This document shows, one piece after another, positions 39,285 to 49,366 of a stretch of DNA of 64,000 bases (position 1 is the first letter of the stretch; the number at the start of each line of letters is the position of its first letter). The position numbers were made by a program, and so were the translations under genes. The stretch spans positions 448,001 through 512,000 of the forward strand of contig CAXXDN010000002.1 of the NCBI GenBank assembly GCA_963667465.2, written 5' to 3'. This DNA comes from Dehalococcoidia bacterium (GTDB lineage: Bacteria > Chloroflexota > Dehalococcoidia > UBA2979). Below the pieces are notes generated by a model. That model ran no database searches. It had not been told where the DNA came from and saw only the letters and a list, made by a program, of their open reading frames with translations.

Positions 39285-40085
39285 CGCGCCCCGGTAATGC
39301 AACGCCACCTGGATGCCGTAGTCCACCGTGAGACTGATGATGAGTATCGGGATGATCACCGAAATGCCGCTCGGCCGGCCGAGGAGGCCGAGCCCGTTCG
39401 GCCCCAGCCAACCCTCCGCGCCGACGACCCACACGATGGCCATCAGCAGGCCTGTGAGCGAAAGCACCACGTCCGATGGCGACCTGAGGAAGAGAAACAT
39501 CAGAACCGCGATCAGCAGAAATGATGCTCCGATGAGCGGGGTGATGTCCTCCCGGTACGACCGCTGATACTCGTCCTCGATCACCGCCTGGGACACACTG
39601 CTCACGAGCAGCGGGCTGGTTTCGCCAGCCACGATCTCGTGAATCGTGCGCTCAGCGTCCTTTATTCGCTCGTCGCCGGTGTCTCGGAGGCGGATCGCGG
39701 CGATCGCGACCGGTGTGCCGTCGGTGTCGGTTCCGGTCAGCGAGTTGAGAGCGCCCTCGATCTCGGGAACGCTGCGTACGGCGTCAATCCGTTCCTGTGA
39801 GAGCGACTCGAGACCGTCTGCCCCGAGCACGGATTCGATGATCAGAGAGGGTGCGGCGATCGGGTCGGTTGGCGCGAACAACTCCGCCAGCTCGGGGTCG
39901 CTCGCGATCTCCGCAATCAGGCCGGACATCTGCGAGAGTCCGTCGGGGGTCAGCGCCTCCCCGCGGAAGAGCAGCGTGACCACGTTGATCTCGCCCGACT
40001 CTCCGAAGAGCTCGCCGATTTCGTCCAGTGCCCTGGCGACAGCATTGTCGCGGGGAAAGTACCCATCCGTCTCGTCGAGCTCAGC
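39285..40085 (-). pseudogene. MMPL/RND paralog fragment (N-terminal half only)
   Basis: 'TLLFRGEALTP.GL', 'GTDTDGT…AAIRL', 'GAEGWLGP', 'VDYGIQ' match 2878-5319; both ends are missing. Confidence 0.8.
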
Positions 40086-40486
40086 GCGTAGCTCGCGCTC
40101 GTCGCCGCCGTGGCCGCGCAGTCGCCGCCCCACGCCGCCAGCTTGTGCCCGTCCGCAGCGGTCGCCGTGACCGTGACCGCAGTGCCCGCTACGTAGCCCG
40201 GTCCGGCCGGGTCCGCGCTCAGGCTCCCGCCCGCACCCGCCGCGAGCGTCAGCGTGTAGGTCGCGGGTGTCGCCGTGGCGGTCGGCGTCGATGTGGCCGT
40301 CGCGGTTGCAGTCGGCGTGGGTGTCGGCGTCGCCGTGGCGGTTGGCGTCGGCGTGGCCGTTGTCGTCGGGGTCACGGTCGCCGTGTGGTCGGCGGCGACG
40401 CGCGGCGGCTCGCCGCCGCCGAGGCTCGCCGCGGCGGCCACGGCCAGCGCGAGCACCACGATCGCCGCCAGCGCGCGCCCGCTCAC
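40086..40486 (-). pseudogene. Truncated secreted protein (signal peptide, Thr/Pro linker, InlB B-repeat)
   Basis: GTG 40486 overlaps the upstream stop. The B-repeat is nearly identical to that in 40483-42237, and the sequence breaks into the MMPL fragment. Confidence 0.72.
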
Positions 40487-42237
40487 TTGCCCCCGCCCGC
40501 GCGCCGCAGCGACTTCACGATCGCGTCGAGGATCGCGCCCACGTCGCGCCCGCCCTCGCTCGCCTGCGCGGCGTCGGCCGCTACGCCGGGCCGCCAGCGT
40601 CCAGAGGGCGTGAGCGTGGTGGTGTTGATCTCCTGGTGCCAGCCGCTCGCCACGTCCTCGAAGCTCACGTAGGCCTCGGCGTTGACGTAGCCCCAGCCCA
40701 CGTAGCGCAGGCGCGTGCCCGCGGGCACGTCGATCACGGCCCCGTCGCCGATCTGCCAGGCGCGCCCGCCCTCGATCACGTTGTCCGGATACAGCGTGGG
40801 GATGCCGCCCCCGCCGATGAAGGCGGGGCTGCCCTCGACCGCCGCGGAGGGGCTGCCCGCGAGCGTCCCGGCGACGGCGCGCAGCTGCCAGTGGTGGGCG
40901 TGGCGCACCCCGCCGGGGTTCAGCCCGCTCACGCGATGGCTGCGCGTCGCCGCGCCGCTGCCGGGCACGTCGGTCCACGCCCCCCAGGGCTTGAGCTCGT
41001 ACCGTTGCAGGCGCAGCCGGTACTGCCACTTGGTGACGCCCGCGGCGTCGCCCGTGGGGGTCCACTCGAGCAGCACCTCGCCGGCGTTGCCGGTCGTCAC
41101 GGCGAGCAGCACGGGCGCGGCGGGCGGGCCCAGCGCGGCGAAGCTCGCCGACACCGTGCGGTCGCCGTCCAGCATCAGCGCGCAGCTCGCGCTCGTCGCC
41201 GGCGTCGCCGCGCAGTCGCCGCCCCACGCCGCCAGCTTGTGCCCGTCCGCAGCGGTCGCCGTGACCGTGACCGCCGCGCCCGCGACGTAGCCCGGTCCGG
41301 CCGGGTCCGCGCTCAGGCTCCCGCCCGCACCCGCCGCGAGCGTCAGGGTGTAGGTCGTGGCCGTCGCCGTGGCGGTCGGGGTCGGGGTGGCAGTCGCCGT
41401 AGCAGTCGCCGTAGCAGTCGCCGTCGCGGTCGCAGCCGGCGTGGGGGTGGGCGTGGCGCAGTCCTTGATCGAGAGCTTCCCGAGGTCGTTGCTCGACACC
41501 TTGCGCAGCACGGGCGGCACGCAGCCCGTGAAGGCGTTGCCCGAAACCTTCAACGTCGAGAGCCCATCCAGGTTCGCGGGCAGGCTGCCGCTCAGCTTGT
41601 TGCCGTTCACGGTCAGGTGCCGCAGCGAGGCCGACTGACCCAGTTCCTCTGGGATGGACCCGCTCAGCTGGTTGCCGGCCAGGTGCAGCGCCCACAGCGG
41701 TGGGCCTGACCCCAACTCCTTCGGAATGCCCCCCGTGAGCTGGTTGCCGGTGACGTTCAGGTAGCTGAGCGCCTTGAGTTGCGCCCACTCCTTCGGAATG
41801 CCGCCCGTGAGCTGATTGTCGTTCAGGGCCAAGCTCACGAGAGCGGTCAACTGCGAGAGGCTGGGGGGCAGCGTGCCCGCAAGCCCCCTGTCGATGAGGT
41901 TCACGGTCGTGACCCGCCCCGACTGCACGTGCACGCCGTCCCAGCTCGCGATCGCGAGGTCGGGGCTCCAGTTGAGGGCGTCGGTGACCGTCCCCTCGAG
42001 GTCAGCCTGGACGGCCAGCAGCACGGTGCAATCCGCCACCAGGCCGGGATTGCTAGTCGGGTCGGGGACCGCCCCGTCCGTCGCGCAACCGTCGTCCGCG
42101 GCGTCCAGTGCCCCGCGCACGCCCGCGATCGTCAGCGCCAGCGTGAACAGCACCGCCAGTGCCAGCGTCAGGCCCGCCCCCACCGTGCCCACCAGGCCCG
42201 CGCCTATGAGTCGTCCGCCCCACCGTGTCCGCAGCAT
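40483..42237 (-). CDS. Secreted protein: plant-type LRR domain, InlB B-repeat, FN3-like domain
   Basis: LRRNT-like 'DC..LL…LNW…W.GV', repeats 'L..L.L..NQLTGGIPKE', 'N.FTGCVP' cap, TP linker, B-repeat, 'V.LEWT…W.YR'. Confidence 0.87.
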   Translation of the reverse strand: MLRTRWGGRLIGAGLVGTVGAGLTLALAVLFTLALTIAGVRGALDAADDGCATDGAVPDPTSNPGLVADCTVLLAVQADLEGTVTDALNWSPDLAIASWDGVHVQSGRVTTVNLIDRGLAGTLPPSLSQLTALVSLALNDNQLTGGIPKEWAQLKALSYLNVTGNQLTGGIPKELGSGPPLWALHLAGNQLSGSIPEELGQSASLRHLTVNGNKLSGSLPANLDGLSTLKVSGNAFTGCVPPVLRKVSSNDLGKLSIKDCATPTPTPAATATATATATATATATPTPTATATATTYTLTLAAGAGGSLSADPAGPGYVAGAAVTVTATAADGHKLAAWGGDCAATPATSASCALMLDGDRTVSASFAALGPPAAPVLLAVTTGNAGEVLLEWTPTGDAAGVTKWQYRLRLQRYELKPWGAWTDVPGSGAATRSHRVSGLNPGGVRHAHHWQLRAVAGTLAGSPSAAVEGSPAFIGGGGIPTLYPDNVIEGGRAWQIGDGAVIDVPAGTRLRYVGWGYVNAEAYVSFEDVASGWHQEINTTTLTPSGRWRPGVAADAAQASEGGRDVGAILDAIVKSLRRAGGGK

Positions 42238-42460
42238 CGGCTCCCGCCTCCGCCAAGCTCCGCAGCACCGCAGGCCTATGCCGCCTCTTGCGAACATAGG
42301 GCAGCGCTCGCAGATCAGCGCGCTCGTACTCGACGCTGCCGAACGAATGCTGTTGTACGGGGCGCCTCCCGCGGGTCGCACCCCCATGATCGCAGCAACT
42401 CATCCCTCTGGTGAGTTGTTCAGACCCATCCCTAAGGGTGTTGCGCCCTATGATCGGTGC

Positions 42461-43894
42461 ATGAGGTGGCGGGGCTCGCAACAAGAGTGGCCTGCGGTTG
42501 GCGCGGAGCCGGACGACGTTCCGCTCCTCGCGAAGCGCTGCCCGCGCTGCGAGGCGCAGATGCCGGCCGACAGCCGGATCTGCCATCAGTGCCTGACGAG
42601 CCTCAGCGACATCGCCCCGACGCCATTCGAGCGACCGCCGGAGGAGGCGGAGCCGACTGGCCTGCGGCGCTACCTGCGCCGCGTGCAGCGGCGCCGCGTG
42701 CTCCAGTTGCTCCTGCTCGCGATCGTCGCCGGGTTCGTCTACGTGCAGTGCTTCTGGCCCGCGCCCTCGCGGGACGAAGCGAGCGGTTCGCGATCGCTCG
42801 CGTCCGGAGCGGCCGTCTGGGCCGCGCCGGGCGCCGATGCCGGCGCGCGGCGTGTCAGCGAGGCGAGTCCGCCGCTCCGCGGAGAGACCGCCTGGACCCG
42901 CACGCTGGACTCGGAACTGACGGCGGCGCTCGTCACCGACGGGATCGCGATCTACGCCGCCCACAAGGACGCGCTGCTGGTCGCCTACGCGACCGCCGAC
43001 GGCAGCGAGCTCTGGAGATTCCCGGTGCCGGGCCAGCTCGACGACTCGCCCGTGGTCGCCGGTGACACCGTCTACGCCTCGTTGCGCAGCGGCTGGCTGG
43101 TCGCCCTCGACGCGCGCAGCGGCCGCGAGCGCTGGAGGAGCGACACCGGCCAGGACATCCTCAGCGGCCCGATGGTCGTGGACGGCGTCGCCTGGGTCGG
43201 CGGGCGCGGCGTGATGCTGGCCTACGACGCCGAGACCGGCGAGCTGCTGGGCGGCGACCAGTCCGGCGACGACGTGCTCGCGCTCGGCGGTCCCGTCCTC
43301 GGCGACGAGCGGGTCATCCTTCGCTCCTGGCGGCGCCTGCACTTCTTCGACATCGAAACCGGCCGCCACGAGTTTTTTGCGCGCTTCTTCCGCGCGAGGT
43401 ATGCGGCGGCGGGCTACGGCGTCGTGATCGGCGTCTCCGACCTCTGGGTCCTCGCCTTCGACGAGGACGTCGGCCAACCGTGGTGGGAGGGGCTGCGCAT
43501 GGCGTGGTTCTGGGCGGACCTCTGGGGGGTGGCCCCGCCGACGCCCGACCAGCCGTTCCGCTGGGCAGCGACGCTCGAATGCGCCTCGCTCGCGCCGGTG
43601 CTGCAAGCCGAGCAGGTGATCCTCTCGTGCGAGGGCGGGCGCGTGTTCGCGGCCTCCCTCGAGGACGGGCGCATCCTCTGGGAGCGCGAGCGGGATCCGC
43701 TCGCCGATGCGCCGGCGCTGATCAGCGACGGCCTGCTGCTGATCGAGGAGTCCGCCTTCGTCGTCCTCGATCCCGCAACCGGGGAGGAGATCGACCGGCG
43801 GGATCTCGACGGCGTGTCGATCTCGCAGGCGCTGGTCACCAGCGAGGGCGTGTACCTCGTGACCGCGGACGGCGAGCTGCGCGCGCTGCGCTGA
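42461..43894 (+). CDS. PQQ-like beta-propeller protein with N-terminal zinc ribbon and TM anchor
   Basis: 'CPRC…CHQC', TM segment, repeats 'ALDA.SGRERW' and 'A..GSELW'. Confidence 0.82.
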   Translation: MRWRGSQQEWPAVGAEPDDVPLLAKRCPRCEAQMPADSRICHQCLTSLSDIAPTPFERPPEEAEPTGLRRYLRRVQRRRVLQLLLLAIVAGFVYVQCFWPAPSRDEASGSRSLASGAAVWAAPGADAGARRVSEASPPLRGETAWTRTLDSELTAALVTDGIAIYAAHKDALLVAYATADGSELWRFPVPGQLDDSPVVAGDTVYASLRSGWLVALDARSGRERWRSDTGQDILSGPMVVDGVAWVGGRGVMLAYDAETGELLGGDQSGDDVLALGGPVLGDERVILRSWRRLHFFDIETGRHEFFARFFRARYAAAGYGVVIGVSDLWVLAFDEDVGQPWWEGLRMAWFWADLWGVAPPTPDQPFRWAATLECASLAPVLQAEQVILSCEGGRVFAASLEDGRILWERERDPLADAPALISDGLLLIEESAFVVLDPATGEEIDRRDLDGVSISQALVTSEGVYLVTADGELRALR

Positions 43895-44015
43895 GCGCGC
43901 TCGAAGTCCAACCCGCAGGCCCCCCGGGGTCCCGCAATCACGTATTGTCGGGGGAAGGCGGTTGCGTGGCGGGTGGCGATGCGGCCCGGCCTGAGACGGC
44001 GGCTGGACAGGAGCC

Positions 44016-45704
44016 ATGGTCGAGCTCAGCGGCGGCGAGGCGCTCGCGAAGTCGCTCGCGCGAGAGGGCGTCGAGGTCGTCTTCGGGATTCCGGGCATCC
44101 AGACCTACGGGATCGTCGCGGGCCTGCGCGACGAGCCGGGGATCCGCCTGATCTCAACCCGCCACGAGCAGGCCACGACGTACATGGCCGATGGCTACGC
44201 CCGCGCCTCCGGGAAGCCGGGCGTTGCGCTGGTGGTGCCCGGCGTGGGCCTCTACAACGCCGCCTCCGGCCTGGCCACGGCGTACGCGCGCTCCTCGCCC
44301 GTACTCGTGATCGCCGGCACGGTCCCGCGGGGCGCGATCGGCAAGAACGCCGGGGCGGTGCACGAGGTGCTGGACCAGGCCGATACGGTGCGCTCCGTGA
44401 CCAAGTGGCAGCGTGCGGCGATGAGGCCTCGCGAGATTCCCGCGGCCGTCGCCGAGGCCTTCAGGCAGATGCGCAGCGGCCGCCCCCGTCCCGTGCTGAT
44501 CGAGGCGCCGCCCGAGGCCGGCGTGGAGCGGGAGGACGTGGAGCTGTGGGATCCGGCGCCCGTCTCGCCGATCGTGCCGAGCCCGGACCAGCTGCGGGAG
44601 GCGGCCCGCGTCATCGCCGAGGCCCGCCTGCCCGTCATCTACGCGGGCGGCGGCGTGGCGCGATCGGACGCGGAGGACGCCCTCGTCAGGCTGGCAGAGG
44701 CGACGAACATCCCCGTGATCACATCGAGCGGCGGCAAGGGGACGATCCCGGATAGCCATCCGCTTGCGTACGGCTCCTGCTTCAGCCCTCGGGGCGAGCG
44801 CCAGGAGATGAACCAGCTGTTCGAGGTGATGCAGTCGGCGGACGTCGTGATCGGCATCGGCGCGCGCTTCTCGCTCGGCAACCCGGCGGGCAACACCTCC
44901 ACGCTTGTGAACATCAACGTCGACGACAGCGAACTGATGCGGGTCCAGTCCAACACGATCCCTCTGCACGGCGACGCCAGTGCGACCATCGAAGCGCTGC
45001 TCCCCTACCTCGATGAGGCCGGGGCGGGCGATCGCCCCTCGCCCGCCGAGGCCGTCGAGGCGGCGCGCAACCTGATCGCGTACTACGACATCCGGCGGCA
45101 CGAGCCGCAGTACCCGGTGCTGGAGGCGATCCAGGGCAGCATCCCGGAAGACGCGTTCATCGTCTGGGACGTCACGCAGTTCGGCTACTACGCCCGCACG
45201 CATTACAAGGTGAACCACCCGAAGACGTACATCGACTCCGGCTATCAGTTCAACGTCGGCTACTCGTTCCCGACGGCGCTGGGAGTGAAGGTGGCCCAGC
45301 CCGATCGCCCGGTGGTCTGCATGGTTGGCGACGGCGGGTTCCTCTTCAATGCGTCCGAGCTCGCTACCGCCGTCCAGTACGGGATCAACGTCGTGACCGT
45401 CGTCTTCCGGAACGACTCCTACGGCAACGTCGCGCGCGATCTGGACCTGGCGTTCGGCGGCGCCTACGGGACCGACCTGCATAACCCGGACTTCGTGAAG
45501 TTCGCCGAGTCCTTCGGCGCGGTCGGGATGCGGGCGGCCGATCCGCTGGAGCTGGAAACGCTGCTTCCGGAGGCGCTCGAGCGAGACGCCCCCGTGATCA
45601 TCGACGTGCCGTTCGGCGACATGCCGATCCCGCGCGCCCCGCAATTCGCGCCCGTCTATCACCTGCCCTGGACGCAGCCCCAGGATGGGCTGATCGAGTC
45701 CTGA
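44016..45704 (+). CDS. Thiamine-pyrophosphate-binding enzyme (acetolactate synthase-like)
   Basis: 'VFGIPG', 'RHEQ…MADGYARASG', 'GDGGF…N' TPP motif. Confidence 0.92.
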   Translation: MVELSGGEALAKSLAREGVEVVFGIPGIQTYGIVAGLRDEPGIRLISTRHEQATTYMADGYARASGKPGVALVVPGVGLYNAASGLATAYARSSPVLVIAGTVPRGAIGKNAGAVHEVLDQADTVRSVTKWQRAAMRPREIPAAVAEAFRQMRSGRPRPVLIEAPPEAGVEREDVELWDPAPVSPIVPSPDQLREAARVIAEARLPVIYAGGGVARSDAEDALVRLAEATNIPVITSSGGKGTIPDSHPLAYGSCFSPRGERQEMNQLFEVMQSADVVIGIGARFSLGNPAGNTSTLVNINVDDSELMRVQSNTIPLHGDASATIEALLPYLDEAGAGDRPSPAEAVEAARNLIAYYDIRRHEPQYPVLEAIQGSIPEDAFIVWDVTQFGYYARTHYKVNHPKTYIDSGYQFNVGYSFPTALGVKVAQPDRPVVCMVGDGGFLFNASELATAVQYGINVVTVVFRNDSYGNVARDLDLAFGGAYGTDLHNPDFVKFAESFGAVGMRAADPLELETLLPEALERDAPVIIDVPFGDMPIPRAPQFAPVYHLPWTQPQDGLIES

Positions 45705-45740
45705 TCGATTGCCCGGGTTGGTCCGGCCTCGCCGACCGGC

Positions 45741-45935
45741 CTACCAGAAGCCGATGCGGTAGCTCAGGCCGCGGTGCGTGTGGCCCCGTGCGCCCGCCTT
45801 GTCGAGGCGCTTGAGGTGCTTGCCGCAAAGCTCGATCGTCGTGCGCTCGAGATCGTTGGGGTCGTCGCGCCAGCGTGCGACGGCGACCTCGCGCACGGGC
45901 CGTACGGTGCAGAACTCGCAGCGGGGGAGCGGCAT
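45741..45935 (-). CDS. Small putative zinc-binding protein
   Basis: CxxC…CxxH in 64 aa; TACCAT -10 lies 6 nt before the ATG. Confidence 0.6.
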   Translation of the reverse strand: MPLPRCEFCTVRPVREVAVARWRDDPNDLERTTIELCGKHLKRLDKAGARGHTHRGLSYRIGFW

Positions 45936-46018
45936 TGGGCAATGGTAGCGGGGTCCGCGGCCGGTGTCGCACGCGCCCCGTCCCGGCTGGGGCTCGTCCC
46001 GGCTGGGGCGCCTCGCGC

Positions 46019-47107
46019 TCAGGCCCTGCGGATCAGCATCACGCCGTCGCGGATGGTGAGCAGTACCTGCTTGACGCGCTCGTCCGCGGCGACGTGCGCG
46101 TTGAAGGCGGCCATCCGCTGGCCGGACCGCGACTCCGGGTTCACCACACGCCCGTTCAGCAGCACGTTGTCGACCGCGATGATCCCGTCCTCGGCGAGCA
46201 GCTCCAGCGCCGCCTCGTAGTAGTCGATGTACGGCTCCTTGTCGGCGTCGATGAAGACGAGGTCGAACGGCCCCTCCAGGGTCTTGAGGGTCTCGGAGGC
46301 GGGGCCGACGCGAATCTCGATCTTGTGGCCGTCCGGGCCCTCGTCGGCGTACTTGCGGGCGACCGCGGCCGTCTCCGGGTCGATCTCGCAGGTGATGATT
46401 TCACCGTCGCCGGGGAGGGAGGCGGCCATCATCTGGGCGCTGAAGCCGGTGAAGCAGCCGATCTCCAGTACGCGCCGGGCGCCCGAGGCCCAGGCGAGGA
46501 ACTGCAGCAGCCCGCCCTCGATCGGGCCCGAGAGCATCAGGCCGTACTCCAGCTCCTCCAGCGTGAAGCGGGAGAGCTCGGCGAGGTGCGGGGGCAGCGG
46601 CGTGGTGTGCCGGCGTGCGAACTCCTCGATCTCCTCGGGCACCAGCGTCAGCAGCGTGTTGCGAGGGCGTTCGGCCGCGTCCGGCGGCGGCCCGTCGCGG
46701 TCGCGCGGCTCGCTGCGAGCGCGGAACTGGATGCCCCAGTGCCCGTCGACGTTGGTGACGATGTAGATGATGTTGCCGGAGAGGTAGCGCGCGCCGTCCT
46801 CGCCGTAGCGGCTCCAGTCGACGCTGAGACAGACCTTGTCGTCGCGCGTCCAGATCGGATGGATGCGGTCGAGGCTGCTGCTGTGCCAGCCCTGCCCCTC
46901 GCGCAGCCGCTCGAACGGGGACTCGAACTCCTCGGGTGTCGCGCGCACCTCGACGTGGCCGGGGAAGAGCGAGACGTGCGGGTAGTTCATCGTCCCGTGC
47001 AGCGTCGCGAGGTCGCCCTCGCTCCAGGCCTGGTAGAAGGCCTCGACGGCGGCGACGGCGGCGACGGCGGCCTGTTCCGCCTCGGCGCGCCCGCCACCGT
47101 CCGTCAT
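46019..47107 (-). CDS. NTF2/SnoaL domain fused to a class I O-methyltransferase (CCoAOMT/COMT-like)
   Basis: N-terminal 'AVEAFYQAWSEGD…YPH…WGIQFR'; C-terminal 'LEIGCFTGFS', 'FDLVFIDADK', 'DNVL'. Confidence 0.85.
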   Translation of the reverse strand: MTDGGGRAEAEQAAVAAVAAVEAFYQAWSEGDLATLHGTMNYPHVSLFPGHVEVRATPEEFESPFERLREGQGWHSSSLDRIHPIWTRDDKVCLSVDWSRYGEDGARYLSGNIIYIVTNVDGHWGIQFRARSEPRDRDGPPPDAAERPRNTLLTLVPEEIEEFARRHTTPLPPHLAELSRFTLEELEYGLMLSGPIEGGLLQFLAWASGARRVLEIGCFTGFSAQMMAASLPGDGEIITCEIDPETAAVARKYADEGPDGHKIEIRVGPASETLKTLEGPFDLVFIDADKEPYIDYYEAALELLAEDGIIAVDNVLLNGRVVNPESRSGQRMAAFNAHVAADERVKQVLLTIRDGVMLIRRA

Positions 47108-47173
47108 GCGGCCTCCGTCCCGAGGGGCGCGCCCGCGCCCGTTGCGGCTAGCTGTTCTTCCCAGGACCTACAG

Positions 47174-48871
47174 CTAGCCCCGCCGCAGCTCCTCGATGCT
47201 GCGTACGGGCTCGCCGTGGCGGTTGGTAATCGCGACCGTCTGGGGGAGCGACATGTCGCCGAAGCCCGGCATCCACGAGGAGTGCTTGCCCGGCCCGCCG
47301 GCGACGATGATGTGAATCGACTCGCGGTTCGCCGCGATCGGCAGCCGCGAGTCCTTCAGGAACGTCGGCGTCTCCGGGTCGATGCGCTCGTTGATGTGGT
47401 CGATGAACTCCACCGAGAGGTGGTCGGCGGGGAAGCGGGCCAGCTCGAAGATGTGCTCCCGCATCTTCTCGCGGTCCCAACCGTCGCCGGCCAGCACCGC
47501 GGCGTGCTCCGGCGTGACCGCGAGCAACGTGTCCCCGCGCGCGAGGATGTTGTTGCTGCCCGCCTGGCCCATGGAGCCGACGACCGTCTGCATGATGCCG
47601 AGGCCGGTGTTGCTGCCGTGGTCCTCGATGTTGTGCGGGGCCTCGCAGGCGTAGACCGTGACGGTGCTGTCCTCGGCGCTGAAGCCGCGCGTCGTCTGGA
47701 ACGGCGCCCAGGGGCTTTCCGCCTCATTCTCCGCGAAGCAGAAGGTGAACTTGGCGGGCGTGCCCTGCGTGGCGCGGTCGCCGAGGCCGGGCGTGGCCCC
47801 GCCGATGTTGAGCTGCACCAGGCGCAGCGCCCGCCCGAGGGTGGCGTTCGTCTCGAAGGTGGGCCCGAAGCAGCCCATCCCGCCATGCGCGCCGATCTCG
47901 CGGGCGATCGGGCCGTTGAGCAGCATCAGCACCGTGTTCGGGTGCGTCGTGGCGTTGACGCCGCTGACGTTGAACTCCTCGCGGCCGATGCCCTGCACGG
48001 CGGCGACGAGCGCCGGGAACATCCGGGGCTCGCAACCGGCCATCACGGCGCAGACGGCGGTCGCCTGGACCGTCGCTTCGCCGCGCCGCGGCGCGATCAC
48101 GCCGAGCACCTCCAGCGGGTCGCGATCGCAGTACTCGAGCATCGCCTCGACGCGCTCCTCGGTGGGCGCGATCACGGGCAGGCCGTCGGACCAGGTGCGG
48201 CGCGCGAACTCGCGGCGCAGCGCCTGCTCGTCGGCAGGCAGGTCGACCATGACGTTCGCGCGCCCGAGGTCGCTCGCGGCCGCGGCGCCGCCGGCGCCGT
48301 TGGCGCGCGCGCCGTTGCTGCTCGCGTAGGGCTTCGTGAAGGCCTCGATCAGCTCGCCGGTGACGGCCTGGGCCTTCGGGCCCATCGCGTCCGCGTGCAG
48401 CCCGCCGATCGGGTGCGAGACGACGACGTAGCGCAGGTCCTTCAGACCGCGCTGCTCAGCCTCCAGGTGCAGCAAATCGACGAAGGCGGGCGTGGTGACG
48501 TTGACGGTCGGGATCCCGAGCTCTTCGAGGACGATCGCAGCGTGGACACTCCACGCGGTGCAGGATCCTCAGTCGCTTGTCCCGACCAAGGCGAAGTCGG
48601 CGCTCTCTTTCATGCTGTCGACGATGCGCTGAATCGGCGGGCCATTGGAGGGCTTGCTCTCCACGACCGGCGCCGAGGCGAGCGAGACCGCGCCGGCGAC
48701 CTCGCCCATCATCGCCTCCAGCAGGGCGCGGGCATTCATCTTGCGGTTCGTGAGGATGCCTGGTCGCAGGCCCTCGAGGCTCTGCGGCCGTGCGGCCGGC
48801 TGGACGGGGATGATGCGCGGGTGACCGGTCGGGTCGTAGACCCGCGTGGTGGTGGCGGCGACTGTGGTCAT
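47174..48871 (-). CDS. UGSC-family selenoprotein (Sec at UGA 48571-48569) fused to a ~330-aa conserved domain
   Basis: ORFs 48569..48871 and 47174..48475 share a frame. Read-through gives 'GTSD-U-GSCTAWSVH…ELGIPTV…HPIGG'; the C-domain has 'WSDGLPVIAPT' and 'AVMAGC.P'. Confidence 0.88.
48533..48568 (-). promoter_or_regulatory. Bacterial SECIS-like hairpin
   Basis: Directly 3' of UGA: GGAUC-CU-GCA-CC-GCGUGGA GUG UCCACGC-UGC-GAUC; G-led apical loop 19 nt after UGA. Confidence 0.7.
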
Positions 48872-49029
48872 GGGGCTGTTCCTTCGCTGCTGGTGCGGCC
48901 TGCGGCATGCGGGGCGCGGCTGCGCTCCGTGCGCCCTGCCGGCGCACCCCTGCCGTTCCCTCCCGTTCTACACCGGAGCGGGCGCTGCTCACAACACGCA
49001 AGCGTATCGAGGGCGGCCCGCGTGCGGCG

Positions 49030-49366
49030 CTACCCGGGCATGAGCGTGAGGCAGTGGTCGAGGTAGCGCTGCACAGCCCTCGAGCCGCTCCTCCTCGAAA
49101 TCCGTTGCCGGGCCGACGCACAGCCAGCCGCGCAGCGGGCGCCCGGTCATGTCCATCGGCTGCGCGAACCGTTCGCCAGGGGCGTCCTCGGCATCCTCCG
49201 GCGAGAGCCGCGCGATCAGCTCGGAGCCATGCACGCCGCAGCACATGTTGCCGCTCGCCATGAAGGCGCCGCCGCCGAACATGCGCTGCTCGCGAACCGC
49301 GGCGGCGTCGCCGAGATCGGCAAGCAGGTCGCGCACGCGCTCGGCGAGCGCCTCGTCGCAGGCCAC
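49030..49366 (-). CDS. TfoX/Sxy N-terminal domain protein (probable frameshift near 49075)
   Basis: 'DEALAERVR…EQRMFGG.AFM..GNMCCGV…MDMTGRPLRGW'; the native-looking tail 'VQRYLDHCLTLMPG*' is in another frame. Confidence 0.75.

Larger units (their letters stand above)
21750..42400. mobile_element. Degraded integrative element / genomic island at the tRNA-Glu(CTC) 3' end
   Basis: Recombinase at the tRNA, SNF2-like helicase remnant, TA pairs, RM and conjugation-gene fragments, accessory cargo. The right boundary is approximate and no att duplicate was found. Confidence 0.72.

Noticed and set aside
40265-41455. Short 6-12 bp tandem repeats suggesting a CRISPR or VNTR array
   Set aside because: They encode Thr-Ala/Thr-Pro linkers, with no unique spacers and no cas genes.
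45979-46009. Tandem 15-bp duplication cgtcccggctggggc
   Set aside because: Two copies only, intergenic, no functional context.
45875-49066. 1063-aa plus-strand ORF and similar long shadow ORFs (2833-5271, 49689-52841, 42053-44098)
   Set aside because: Antisense shadows of real genes caused by stop-codon scarcity at high GC; they have no motifs and Arg/Ala/Gly-biased translations.
49030-49085. Programmed frameshift in TfoX
   Set aside because: No slippery sequence. A small deletion or sequencing error is more likely, as at 10207 and 32010.
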